Assembly: GCF_036321535.1 (NCBI RefSeq) | Contig: NC_087436.1 | Span: 5,394,001 to 5,458,000, forward strand | Direction: 5' to 3' | Length of the DNA: 64,000 bases | Origin: Camelus dromedarius | Taxonomy: Eukaryota | Shown: positions 8,883 through 21,000 of the stretch, piece by piece | How the letters are laid out: the number at the start of each line of letters is the position of its first letter | Position numbering within the stretch: position 1 is the stretch's first letter | Program-made: the position numbers and the translations under genes | The notes under the pieces: generated by a model | The model's input: the letters and a program-made list of their open reading frames with translations, nothing else | The model's database searches: none | What the model was told of the DNA's origin: nothing

Positions 8883-11613
8883 CGGGGGAGGGGAGACGCG
8901 GGCGCGGCGCCGGGGCCGGGGGTCCCAGCCGGGCCGGGGGTGCCAGGCGCGGGGAGGCCGTGGGTCCCTCTCCCGCCCCGCGCTGCGCGGCTCCCGGCAC
9001 CTGGACGGGCCTCCGCGACCCCAGCTCCCCGCTCCGGGCGCGAACCCGCTCCGCGCCGCCGGGAGGTCGGGCTCCGGGTGTGCGGGGCCCTGCTCGGTGT
9101 CCCCTCCCCCGCGCCTTGGGCCTCGCGGCCGATCGGCCCCGGGCGGAGAGCAGGCCGAGCGCCGGGGCTCGGCTGTCCCCTCCCCTTCCCCACCGTCCGG
9201 GCCGCGGGGAGGAGGGGGCCGGGGGCCGGGCCAGGCGGGGCGCCGCCGCCCGCGGGAAGGGGGGGAGAGGAGGGAGGAGGGAGAGGAGGCCGGAGCCTGC
9301 GCGCCCGCCTGGGCGGCCGACCGCCCGTCGGCAGGTGCCGGCGCGGCCTGGGTACGAGGGGCCCCGGCGGTGGTGCGGCGCGGGCTCCCCTCCCGGGACG
9401 CCCTGGCCCGGGATACAGAGCACGCGTGGTGCTGCGGGGACCGCGGAGGTCAGAAGAAGTGGGAAGAACTTCCTGCCCCTCTACACCCCCGTCCCCACGC
9501 CCCCCTCGCCCGGGCTGGTCCTTCCCTCCCGAGGGCATCTCCATCCCCAAAGCGCTGGCGCGGGGCCCTTGGGCCGGACTTTCTGGCCTGAAGGAATACG
9601 GGAAACTGGAAGGCAAGGATTCCCCTCCGCTTTCCAGCTCTCCCGAGCAGGGAGTGGAAAAAGCAGAAGTCAAGACATAAGGCCAAAATGATAACCACGT
9701 CGTGCATTCATTCAGGGAACACCGCATTGACTTGACTGCCTCCTGGGTCAGGCAGTGTTCTGGGAACTGGGGCCGGAGTAGTGCACAGGGACCAAAGTCT
9801 CTGTCCGGAAGAAGCCTGCCTACAAGTTGGCCCGCCTCAAATTTACAGCAAGCGAGGGCCACGCAGAGCAAAGCAGAGCGAGCTTTGGTCAGCCGGTCAA
9901 TGCAGAAGATCAGACCAGGTCCGGTGCTCAGTACAGGTTGGGGGAAGGACGGAGCCTTAAGGTGTGGGCTGGAATCAGGGTGGAGTCTCGACTGTAAGGA
10001 GCTGCCCTTCCTGGCCTTGTGAGGCCATCTGTGAGTATTGAGGAGAGCTGCCCAGTAAAGGGGTCCAGGGGTGCTCAGACTGAGGCATCCTGTTAGTGGA
10101 CCAGACCAGGGCTCACCCTTCCTAGGTCTGGCGAAAGGGTCAAGCCCTCTTCCTGTGCCTGGACGCCCACTGAGACCAACCAACTTGTGACGTCCTAGTC
10201 CTCTTCCTTTTTTTTTCCCTTTTAAGGTTCTCCTCAGCTCAGCTCCTCCTTGTACCCTTGAGTCACCCATCCTATCCCTTCATTCTTACTCCTTTCCGCC
10301 TTCTGTCCTCAGACTGCAGGATATGAGGGCCCATAAATCAGGCCCAGTCTTTGACGTTCGAGGATTTACAGTGTAGCAGACACAAGCATTGTCATTTCAT
10401 TCACTTCAGCAGCAGCTCAGCACCACTGTGAATCCCTCTCGGCACAATAAATATGTTCCCAAAAGGTCTTGTAGATGTGGGACAGAGTGGGTGAGGGTTC
10501 CCGGTTCTGGTAGCATGAGACTTGCCATCTAGAAGACATGCTTTCTGAGCACATTTTCATCTATTTGTAATAAAACTCACTACTCCTCAGTCTTTTTAAC
10601 TTTGCAAGTTTAATTTTCTCATCGAGATGTTTCTTGGCCACCTACCGAGAGAGAGTGAGTGTGTGTGTGTGTGGCTGCAGATTTAATCCATTTGCTCTCA
10701 CAAGATTGTCAGGGTGATGACTACTCTTTATTCCGTATCATTTCATTTTGGCCAGAGCAGTGCCTGGCCCAGGGGGACAATAAATGAACACTCCTGACTG
10801 ACTGACAGGTTTCTTTATTGGAGTCACTTACATTCTCCCTGGAATTTCAGCGTGAAGGTTGTATTTGAAAAGTTACAGATGATCTAGCATAATACCTCAC
10901 CTCTGCCTTTCACCTCATCCACATTCTACAGATTGATTTGACAGCCGCCTTATAACTGAAGCCAGCCAGGTTCTCCCGAGTGACCCCCCCCAGACTAAAC
11001 TGTGTCCACGTTGCCTTGTTTCCTTCCACGGGACCCGCACTATTGTCTCTTGAACGGCCCTCCCCCTTGGCATAGTTGATTCTTTCAGCACGGTGTCCGC
11101 TGCCTGTCTCCATGCTCCATTTTGCTCATAAACCCTTCCTAAGAAAGTGAGATCCTTGCATCGAAAGTAAATTTTATATAATCCAGACTCTGCACAACTA
11201 CTAAACAAGACATTTTGAATGAATGTGGCTTTGTTTTGGCCTAAAGCATTTTCCTTGAGGAAAAGCATCTGTTCCACCAACCAGGAGAACATAATTGCGA
11301 GCATTCTTTGTGGTTTTCATGTTTTCTTAAACCTTAGGAGGGAGTGCCCACTCCAGCTGGATGCCTGCAGAGAGCTACCTGCAAAGCCCTGCTGAGGGAC
11401 ATGCTAGAATGTACTTGGGTATTAACCATGATAATTTGGGAGAAGGAGGGTGGGTGTCACTCCTAAAAAAAGGTTTTTTTGAAGTGAAATAAGATTTAAA
11501 GCCAATTCTCCATTCAATTAATCACTTAACACCCAGGAGGGCAGGAACCATGGGGCCTGACTTTTTCTCAGAAAATCAAATGTTAGAAGTTTTCTTGCTC
11601 TCTCTTCTGATTC

Positions 11614-11614
<1 letters not shown>

Positions 11615-11686
<72 letters not shown>
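11615..11686. repeat. Perfect (AC)36 microsatellite
   Basis: 72 bp of uninterrupted AC, followed by GTATGCATGCA. Confidence 0.98.
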
Positions 11687-11688
<2 letters not shown>

Positions 11689-12959
11689 ATGCATGCAAAA
11701 TTAGTTAAGACTTTTCCCAGAACTTTTCAGTATTGTAGTGGCAGGTAATGGAGTTTGAGTTTCTTTTCTGTGCGGAGAACTATGACCCACCTAAATGTCC
11801 ACTGTGTGTCTATAATGGCTACTGAGCAAAACTTCTCCACTCACTTTGGTGAGGCTGGGAGCTGGGGGTGTCATTAGTGAGCAAAGCAAATGCCGGCACC
11901 TCAGCAGGAAAAAAGACTGCTCAAGGGGGAAAAAGGAAATGCACTAATCTCTCAGAGCATCCTTTTCTCTCTCCACTGTCTCTACCCTGAGAAACACACA
12001 GCCTTGCTATGTCTCAGTACTTCAGGTCATATTAATACTCTGTTTTCCCAACCAAAAAACTAATAATACAACACACTTTTCCTTCTACCTTGTTTATCTA
12101 GATCAGTCACCCTCTACCTCCCAGTGTAGCAACTGCCAACTAACCGAGAAAGGCTTGCTTGCTGAGACCAATGGTCGAGGGTTGTGTTAAGGCCCGGCTC
12201 TCGAAAGGAGCAGGTGCACGTTGGGAGATGGAATGTTAGAGGTGAGTGGCCACGAGAAATAGGTGACAAGGACTAGCCTTCAGGTGGCCCTCTGTGGCTG
12301 TTCCCATTCAAGTGAAGCTGCTTTTTCCTTTGGGAAATCACAGTTGAGTATGCAAGATTTCTTTTTGAAATCTCAGAAGGGCTTGTCTGACTCAGAAGTC
12401 AGAGGGAGTAGGCCGCCTGAAATAGCCCCAAATAAAGAGGAGCCCTGGTGACCTTGGATCACCAAACAAAAGCTGATTTCACCGGGAGGCGGGAGACCGG
12501 GGACTTGGTCCGGCTTTACTGCTAACAGACAGCACAAACTTGACCTCAAAATCCTCTCTGCTCCTCTTCTTTACAGGAGAGATTTGCCATGGAGTCTGCC
12601 TCATTCCTCTCACCCCTTTGGAATTCTTCCATTCTGTGAGCTACCACAGACAGTGATGAAAAGGCTTTACCAACGTAATGGTGCCGCCATGACAATATGC
12701 GCACGGAACACGTTGCAGAGGCTCAACTCGAAGGCGCCTTGGAGGCCAGCAAGAGATGTTGAACATGCACTTCTCCCTACATTCGTCCCATCAAGGTATC
12801 TCTCTTTTATCTGTTATTACAGTTTGGAAAGACAAGTTCTACTGAGAACCAAAAAAAAGAGGAGGAAGAAGAGTTGGGAAATCCCTGGCCAAGGCAAGTC
12901 TCGGGAATTGTACTGCATTTGGGGAAACTGAACAAATTATGTGTGGGTATCCTCATTTC

Positions 12960-13138
12960 AATTTTTATGTATTTACTTTTTCATTTTTATTGAAGTAGAG
13001 TCAGTTTCCAATGTTGTGTCAATTTCTGGTGTACAGCATCATGTTTCAGTCATACATATACACACATAGGTTCCTTTTCATTTTCTTTTTCATTATAGGT
13101 TGCTACAAGATATTAAATCTATACAGAAGAAATTTGTT
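12960..13138 (-). mobile_element. LINE-1 3' tail fragment with internal deletion
   Basis: TTTTATTGAAGTAGAGTCAGTTTCCAATGTTGTGTCAATTTCTGGTGTACAGC...ATACAGAAGAAATTTGTT. Confidence 0.8.
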
Positions 13139-14259
13139 GTACACATTTTAATTTTTAATATGTGTTTGATATCATGGGAACAACAACAAAAGGGGCCAGT
13201 GTGGTCCCAAGGTCAAGAAAAATAGCTGTAGCACATCGGTGAGTTGTAAATAAGAAAGTGACATTGCTGTGAGCCAAGAACGGAAGTCCAGTGTCCTGCA
13301 GTCCCGTAGAGTCCCCCTGGTGACATCTGTACAGCCCTGAGAGCAAGGGGCATCCCCTAAAATGTGGACAGCCACCAGCGCTGCGTTTGGTTGCATCCTC
13401 CCATCTCTAAGATGCCATTTTTCTCTCCCCGGAAATCACGTGTCGGATAGGAAGGCTTTTGTCCGTGTCATGACAAATCGTAGTCAAGAGGTCAAGACGC
13501 AGCTACAGATCTTCCTTTCTTGGATACTGACCCTCTCCTTTCAAAGGTCCTGGGAGAAGGACCCTTTCACTTTGTGATCATTGTGTCAAATGTGATCCTT
13601 CCCTTGGCTACGAGCCTTTGTAAAAGAGGTGCGTGGCCCCAGTCCACTACTCAGCGGACGTTAAAGAAGTCTAGTTGGTTAGCAGAAAGGAAAATAGAGC
13701 TTCACTCATCTGCCATTAAAGTAGCCTCAGCTGCTTTTGAAGTTCAAGACAGTTCAAGGGATTTTCAAGTCCTTTTCTTCTGTGATTATGACTGTCTGCC
13801 ATCTGCCATCTTCATAGGAAGAAAAGGACTTGCTCTCTTCTGTCCTAAAACAGCCCTGCAACATCCTAAGGCATCATTTTCTTCTTCCAGTTTTATTTTT
13901 ATTGGCGCAAATTGCTCTGATGCATTCCCCATCTTCCTGGACCACCTTTTCTCCTTCCTCATCACCTGAATTGTCTTTTACACATCTTCCAGGACATTAA
14001 GAGGGTAAAAAACAGTTTTTCTCCTGCTGACAGCTCAGAAGGATTTATAATTAAACAAATGCCAACCAGGGAAAATAAATGGAGGGGAGAGTCATTCATG
14101 TTCAAATTTACTTTTTGAAGCACCTGTCACGTCCCAGGAGCTATCAGATGCCTGAGGATATATTTTCTCATTTCATCTTCCCACCAGCCCCTGGAGGAAA
14201 GTTGGAGTTTCCCTCGGTGATCACAGAGAAATGGAGAATTAATTTTCCCAGAGCCACAC

Positions 14260-14913
14260 TGATGCAGGAAAAACCGATGTGGGGCGTGAGGAGGGCTGTG
14301 TCCCAGGTCTCGGTTGAGTCCCTGGGACATGCCCCACCAAGTGTGGGCCCTTGGCTTCATGCAGGAAAGAATTCAAGAGTGAGCCACTGTTGAGTAAAGG
14401 TAGATTTATTTAGAGAGATACATACTGCACAGAGTGTAGGCTGTTTCAGAAGACAGGAGAAAGGCCACGAGGTGTGGGGCTGGGCACTCAGATGAGAGTA
14501 GGAGTAGGTGCACACTCCACAGACAGTGTGAGCCATCTCCGAAGGGGAGGGAGCAAAAAGGCCGCCACGAGGCACCATGTTGCCAGTTTTTATGGGCTCA
14601 GTGGCTTCATGTGCTAATAAGTGGAAGGACTAACTACCCTGGGGAAGGGGCTGGGATTCCCAGAAATTGGCCATCTCTCACTCTTTGACCTATTGTGGCT
14701 AGCCACGGGACTGTCATGGCGCCTGTGGGCGTGTTATTCACCATACTAGTATATTACAATGAGTGTGTAATGAAGCTCAAGGTCTACTAGAAGTCAGATC
14801 TCCCACCATCCTGAGCCTCAAGGCTTCTGGGGGTTGAATCTCTCACCATTCTGGTATTAACTTCTGTCTTACTCCTTGAGTGGCTGTGCCCTGTCCACTT
14901 CCTTCCTGTCTCA
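14260..14913 (-). mobile_element. ERV1-class solo LTR, MER41-like
   Basis: TG...CA termini with perfect 4-bp TSD ACAC (14256-14259 / 14914-14917). Minus-strand TATA-like CATAAAAAC (14594-14586) and AATAAA (14410-14405). U5 text CTTGAATTCTTTCCTGC resembles MER41. Confidence 0.85.
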
Positions 14914-16374
14914 ACACCACAGGGGACAGGCACGGTTATCATTTCTCTCCTGGTCTACCCCTTCGACTCCTGTGACTCTCACTGGACACTAAGGCCCTGG
15001 ATTTTGGACAGAAACCTTCCTGGGTGACGCTTTTATAGGTTTCTCTAAGTTCTCTTCCTGATGACTGCCCTCCCTGGATTTCGCTCAAGGTAGACTCGTG
15101 GAATGGGAGACACACGTTCCCACGTGTCTGAGAACAGAACACGACACTCAGACAGCTATCTTTCTGGAACAGCCTAAATAAAACTGTTGAGCCAGGAGGC
15201 AGCGGTGGTGACTAAGACATCATGGGGAAGCTGGCCTGGGGGTTGAAGCCCACCCAAAGGGCGGGCTCCCTGAGCCTCCTGTTCATCCCGGGCGAAGCCA
15301 GTCACCCCAGATGCCTTCCCCTGGATGTCTGTGGGCAGTTAGATCAGAGGATCCATCTCCTGGTCTTGGAGGACAAAGGGAATGAATTATCATTCCTCCT
15401 TCCGTACTCATGATTGCTACCGAATCACAGCATCGGGGCTTGGGAGAAATACACTATTTTCCCAGTTGCTCCCTTTGAAGACTCAATTTATGATTCACCG
15501 TAGATGTCAGCGTCTCTTTTTCATAAGATTCCTACCGGTCTCCCTCCACCTGTTTCTAATTCAAAATTCCTGGTCAAGTTTTTTTTGGTTTGGTAATTTT
15601 TTGTTTGTGTGTGGGAGGTGGGTATATTTTAAAGTCTGATGGCAAGGCAAATTAGCATCTTCACTGATAATTTGACAAAGGTGTTTTTAGATTGGTTGGA
15701 GTTACTGAAAGCACAGAGGCTCCAGGAAATGACTAGTGACTTATTAAGCCCTCAGGCAAGCAAATATCTTCCCCCTTGAAGTTCTAACTCTTTAGATAAA
15801 TTCCATTTGTATCTGAAAGGATATATTAGAGAAAAGACACTAGTGGCTGTCATTTTTTTTTTTGTTCCACTGGACAGTCAGTGGAAAAAAAATTCCTTAC
15901 TTTCTTTTGTGAATGGCTTTTTAGACACACATAAAACCAAAGTGAAAAATGTGAGAATCGGCTAATTATTATAGCTACTATTATTCCTATTTACTGAGGC
16001 AAATGATTATACTACACACCTGTTAAAAACAAAAACAGAAACAAACAACAGCCTTTTAAGAATTCAAAGTACTTCCTAATATCTTTTTCTTTCTGCCTAC
16101 CAGATTTCTGTTCGAAGATGATTATCGCTGTGAAACCCACTGTCAGGAGTCTCAGCCCAGCTCAGGGGAAAGAAATCTCTTGTTCTGCAGAGTCTGTTCA
16201 GTCTGGCCTGGGAACCCACTGTCACCTGTTCTGGGAGCTAGAGTAGTCTGCTCATTTTCGTTCTGCATCTTGCCAAGCTGGTGACACCTTACTACCCTTT
16301 TTAATGAAATATCCACAATGAGGTAAAGTGCGCTGCAGCAGAATCCTCTCCCACTTCCCAAACAATGGGGAAAC

Positions 16375-16680
16375 TACAACTCTGTGAGTAGATACTCATT
16401 GAATCCCCATTTTTGAAAAAAATGGGGTAGGGGGAGTTAGGTTTATTTGTTTATTTTGTTTATAATGGAGGTGCTGGGGATTGAATCCAGGACCTCATGC
16501 ATGCAAAGCACACACTCTACCCCTGAGCTATACCCTCCTCCTCAAAGCTCCATCTTATAGTTGAGAAACTGAGCCCCTGAAAGGCTTTGTAAAACTGGAC
16601 CAAAGTCACACGTTTATAAGGACCAAAGGCAGAATTTGAATATGGGGAGCTGGTTTCAGAGCTGGCATGTTAATCCATCT
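16375..16680 (-). mobile_element. MIR remnant split by a SINE
   Basis: MIR core CCCATCTTATAGTTGAGAAACTGAG...CCAAAGTCACAC...GCAGAATTTGAA. Confidence 0.6.
16415..16540 (-). mobile_element. Vic-1-like SINE
   Basis: Reverse complement of the tRNA-Ala head (...GGGGATTGAATCCAGGACCTCATGCATGC...TGAGCTATACCCTCC) plus TTTA tail. Confidence 0.85.
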
Positions 16681-17814
16681 CGTTTTTAGTCCTCCCTGCT
16701 GTTAGTACAGTGCTAGGTGTGGTACGACCCCAAAAAAGACATTTCAAATCTAGGAAGTGCACATTTCTATTAAGCACTTGGTGTTTATTTGGTAACTCCG
16801 CACAATTCGAGTCATAAGTATGTAGTTTAAAACTCTATTGCCGACAACAAACTAAGCCATTCTGCTTTTGTCTGACATGGAAAGGACAGTGCCCAGAGTG
16901 TACAGGAACTAGACATTGAGTCGATGAAACCGTCACTGTGTCTCAGATGGAATACCCTTTTCCGTGGCTACAGACATGAGAAATGAAGCTTCTGAAACCT
17001 TATGAAGGAAAAAGGGTCTGCTGCCCTGATTCTTAGCAATAAAACCTGGCTGTAAAATCACCGTTACTGTCTTGCTGGTGCTGACAGCCTGTGATGAAGG
17101 AAACTTACAATATGTATTCAAGTATGTTTCTGAAGGACAGAAGGAGAAAAATGCGAAGTTAGGGAGATGACCTCCTAGTTTCTGGGTGAAGGTGAACATT
17201 CTAAGTTGGAGACAGAGTTTCTGTTCCCTGTGACCTTGAGATTCTCGTGGACTTGACCAAAAGAGCAACCTGTGGAGACCCTCAATGCATCCATAAAAAT
17301 GGATCATTGTGCCCTCAGTGAGTGCCCTCTAATGTGAGGCCTCCAGTCATCTTCCTTTGTGTTTGTTCCCACCCCGGATAGAACCCTGGTCTTCTTGCAG
17401 TGTCTCCTCCCCACAAAAAGCCCTCCAGACCGCTCTCTGCCTCTCCTATGGTGATGTTCCTGCAAACTGTCCTCAGATTACCAGCCTGATCTGTTTAAAC
17501 ACAAATTGATCACAACCCGAGCCCCAGGTCTTAAGGTCTCAGTCTCCCTTTGTCTGCAGGATACAAACTTCTCCTTAAGCGTGATCTGCTCTGCCCTGTA
17601 GGCCGGGCCTCCCACTCCTGCAGGTCTCGGGGTTTCCTGACATACCTCAATTCCTGTCCTCAGGCCTGCCGATCTTTGCTTCCTTTCTCATGCTCACGCC
17701 ACAAGGATAGATTCCAGAACTTATTCTAGAACATTCTAGAGTTCTCTTCCATTACACTTTTCTTTAGAGCCTCTTTTTCCTAGAACTTAACGTATTGCAC
17801 TGATCATAGTGTAA

Positions 17815-18042
17815 TAGCTGATTGACTACGCGCCAGGTGCTATCTTAAGAACTCCATGTGTCACCGGAGTTGTCACCATAACCATAGGAGACAGGTGGAT
17901 TTAGCGAGTTTTACAGAGGAGCAGTGTGGGGTACTGAGAGGCTGAGCAATTGGCCTGAGACCATTCAGGAGGAGAGCAGCAGAGCTGGGATTTGAACTCA
18001 GGTAGCCTAACTCTAGAGTCCATGCACTTGACCATCACTCTG
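17815..18042 (-). mobile_element. MIR SINE remnant
   Basis: ...GCAGAGCTGGGATTTGAACTCAGGTAGCCTAACTCTAGAGTCCATGCACTTGACC is typical MIR text. Confidence 0.65.
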
Positions 18043-21000
18043 CCTCTTATCAAGGTTGTCCAACAAGTGTTTGGAGGCAGTGTAGACAGACGCCCAGTCA
18101 TGATCCAAGCTTTGAAGTCAGAGGTCCCCGTTTCTCTCTCTCTCCAAAGGCTGTTATTAATTCACTGGAGAGTTTTATAACTAATGATGTCTTAAAATGA
18201 AGATAACCCTCACTCATTTTTTGACTAAAGAGGTCTTTCTGTCCCCTCTTCTTTATCTCCGTCACTAACTACATTACCAGGGAAGTCTCTCATCCTTCCG
18301 AGAACTTTCTAGGATGAGTCCTTAACCTCGCTGCTGCAAATTAATGATTATCTCCTCTAGTTTATTTGATAGACCCTCCCTGCAATTGACTGTAAACTCT
18401 CTGATGGCAGAAATTTTGCTTTCTTGCTCTTTCTTTTTTTGATCAGCTAAGGATCCCTGTCCTGCCTCTCAACTGCAGTGTCTGTCCAATGCCAGGTGCA
18501 TGCGGTTCCACGTTTAACACGTCTTTTAATCACTGCTGAGTGAAATTAACAGAACTATGAAGCAGCCAAATGCACTTACACCCATGATAAACCTTCACAG
18601 AAGAAAACCAGGATGGACAACAGCTAATTCTGATGGCGTTAGGGAGACTGGAGCCACGTGAAGTTCATGGTCTTGCTTGGCTGTCAGAGGATTTTATACA
18701 AGGAAGACCTACATCATGGAAAACAGCAGTCAAGCAGCACTGATTTCTGAGCTCACACCTAAGTGAAATTTATTCATCTCATTTCTTTGATGAGCTGGAA
18801 GAAGACCAGGGGAGCATTTTCCAAGATGGAACCCATGCAGAATCTGTGTTTTCACAGATACCGTGGTCACGTTCACTCCACGGTATTACTAAGGCCTGGC
18901 AAACAGCCTCTACTTCCATTCCTTGACTGGTTTAAATATATGGTAGAGAAATTTTACATGACAGGTGGTTCACAAGACTCTATTTAATAGCCTACCTGTT
19001 ACAGCCAAGATGTAATGATTTTGGAGACTAACTTCTAGGAAAGACCTCCTTCCTAGTTTGAAATCATGATGTCAAATGAAGTTCTTCTTTTTTAATTTTA
19101 GATTTTGAAGTTTGTGTTACAATTTAAAATATGTGTGTGTGTGAAAGTGTGGTTTTGAACTAATAATTGCTGACTGCTGTAGCCTGGCTAGAAGAAAATT
19201 TAAGAGCCACCAAGCTAAAATGGGACATGAAATGTCCCTGTTTTATGGATATTCTTATGTAAAGTAAATTAAGGAAGTGACGATTCATTTTGCATCTCGT
19301 GTGCTTTGAGCAGTTAATTATACTGTGAAATCGGACTAAAATTTTTCTAACTACATAGAATGAACCAAACACACTTCAACAAAAATAAATAAAAATGCTA
19401 TTTATAATATTTCCTTTTTCCTTAGTAGGTTTCATCTGATACACTTAGTAGGTTTCGTCTGAAATAGTGCATTGGCAACTGACAAGTATGGAGTTTCCAA
19501 GCAATGCTCCATTTAAATGTGCCTTGTGAAGCTGATCAGACGCAAAACTGCATGGGAGAAAGGGAGCATGTATTTCTGAAACTATGAGTGAGTTTTCATT
19601 AGAAATTTAATTTTGAAAGATATAAAAAGGGCTTTAAAATATACCAAATGCTGGTGCAGGATGGTAATTTATCATAGGGCATCGTGTTACAATGCTAAGT
19701 GCCCACAATAGAAATTCTGTGCTCTACCACAATTAGGTACATGACTTTAATAACGACAAGAGAAAGTCAACTATTCTGGTCCTCAGCTTCTATAACTGCA
19801 AAAATAAAAGTTCAGCTAGTTGATTTCAAGATTCTGTTTCCAACATTTTCTGATTCAATTTCCAATTCTCTGATTTTTTTACTAGAAAAAATATATTCTC
19901 ATAATCTTTATTGTGAGTAGACAATTGCTTTTTAAAGAATCTTTTTATTTTCTTTAAAGGGAAACAGCCTGATTCCAGAGAGATTTTTTTGGCTGGACAT
20001 CCCATCAAAGCAGTCATGATGTCTTAGAAACCTGCCTACCTGAACCTTAAAGACTTTTCTAGCCAGAGGCAGAGTATAGCTCACGCTAAATTTTTTTTTC
20101 AAATGTTTAAATAAACAAAAAAACACACAAACTTACTAAGGAGCAGGGCAAAGAAGGTGGAATCTAAAAAAAAAAAAATAAAGAAGAAAGCTTCCAAGGG
20201 AGAAAGATAAAGATCCTCTAATCAGAATTTCCATTTGTTTAGAAAAGTCTATTATCTGAATTATTCTCCAAGTGTTGAACAGTTTAGGATTCTTAGACTC
20301 CCTTTGGTCCTTATCTTTCTATATAAATACGAGTTATGAAATGACAGTGGCCACTTTCTGTTTGGGCCTGTGCCGATGGTTCTGTGATGTGTGAACTCCT
20401 TGGAGCACCAGAAAGGGACAGTGATTGATGGCTGCGGCCAGTCTTCCATACACATGCAAATTGTGTTTGCATTAACATTAATAGTGTTTAGATGTAGAAG
20501 GAAACATCGCCTTTATCATTACATAATAAAATGACAATGAATATTAATAATTTCTAGATTTAAATGTAAATTAAAACCACTGCAATTATTAAAACTTGTG
20601 ATGTCTGCTATGGGTTTGTTCTTTGCCATTCTCTGAATCTAACATTGTGTGGTTATGCACATTGATAACCCCAGGAGGCACATACAGGGGACTCTGAATC
20701 TGTTACTATGGAGACTATTGGCCATATTTTAAAAGAAAAAGCAACCATTATTATGCATAAATTTAAATATCATTTTCCGTTTTTTAAGAATTGTTACTGA
20801 AAATTAAACATCACGTTAAAAAAAATGTTTAACTCCTATGCCTCCTATTTTTCTTCCCAAGGAAAATACAGCTGGTTTCAACAATATGAACAAATAAGCT
20901 GAGTTTTTAAAAACAGTGAGCTACAACTTCTGTTTTCCTCTAAAAATGCTCCCACATTAGTATGTACATGGGCTCTCGAGACTGATCTGGGTCAGACCAT

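Larger units (their letters stand above)
8010..9600. promoter_or_regulatory. CpG island / TATA-less GC-rich PDGFC promoter
   Basis: Very high GC and CpG density spanning exon 1, many GC boxes, no TATA box near the presumed start. Confidence 0.93.

Noticed and set aside
7983..10270. Long ORFs across the CpG island (565 aa +, 611 aa -, 348 aa +, 281 aa -)
   Set aside because: Low-complexity G/P/R/A translations on both strands and several frames, as expected from stop-codon depletion in very GC-rich DNA; no domains. Only the last 27 codons of the 611-aa frame (the uORF) are retained.
15853..15892. T-run / TTCCACTG-loop-CAGTGGAA / A-run resembling an intrinsic terminator
   Set aside because: Eukaryotic intergenic DNA; an 8-bp stem is expected by chance.
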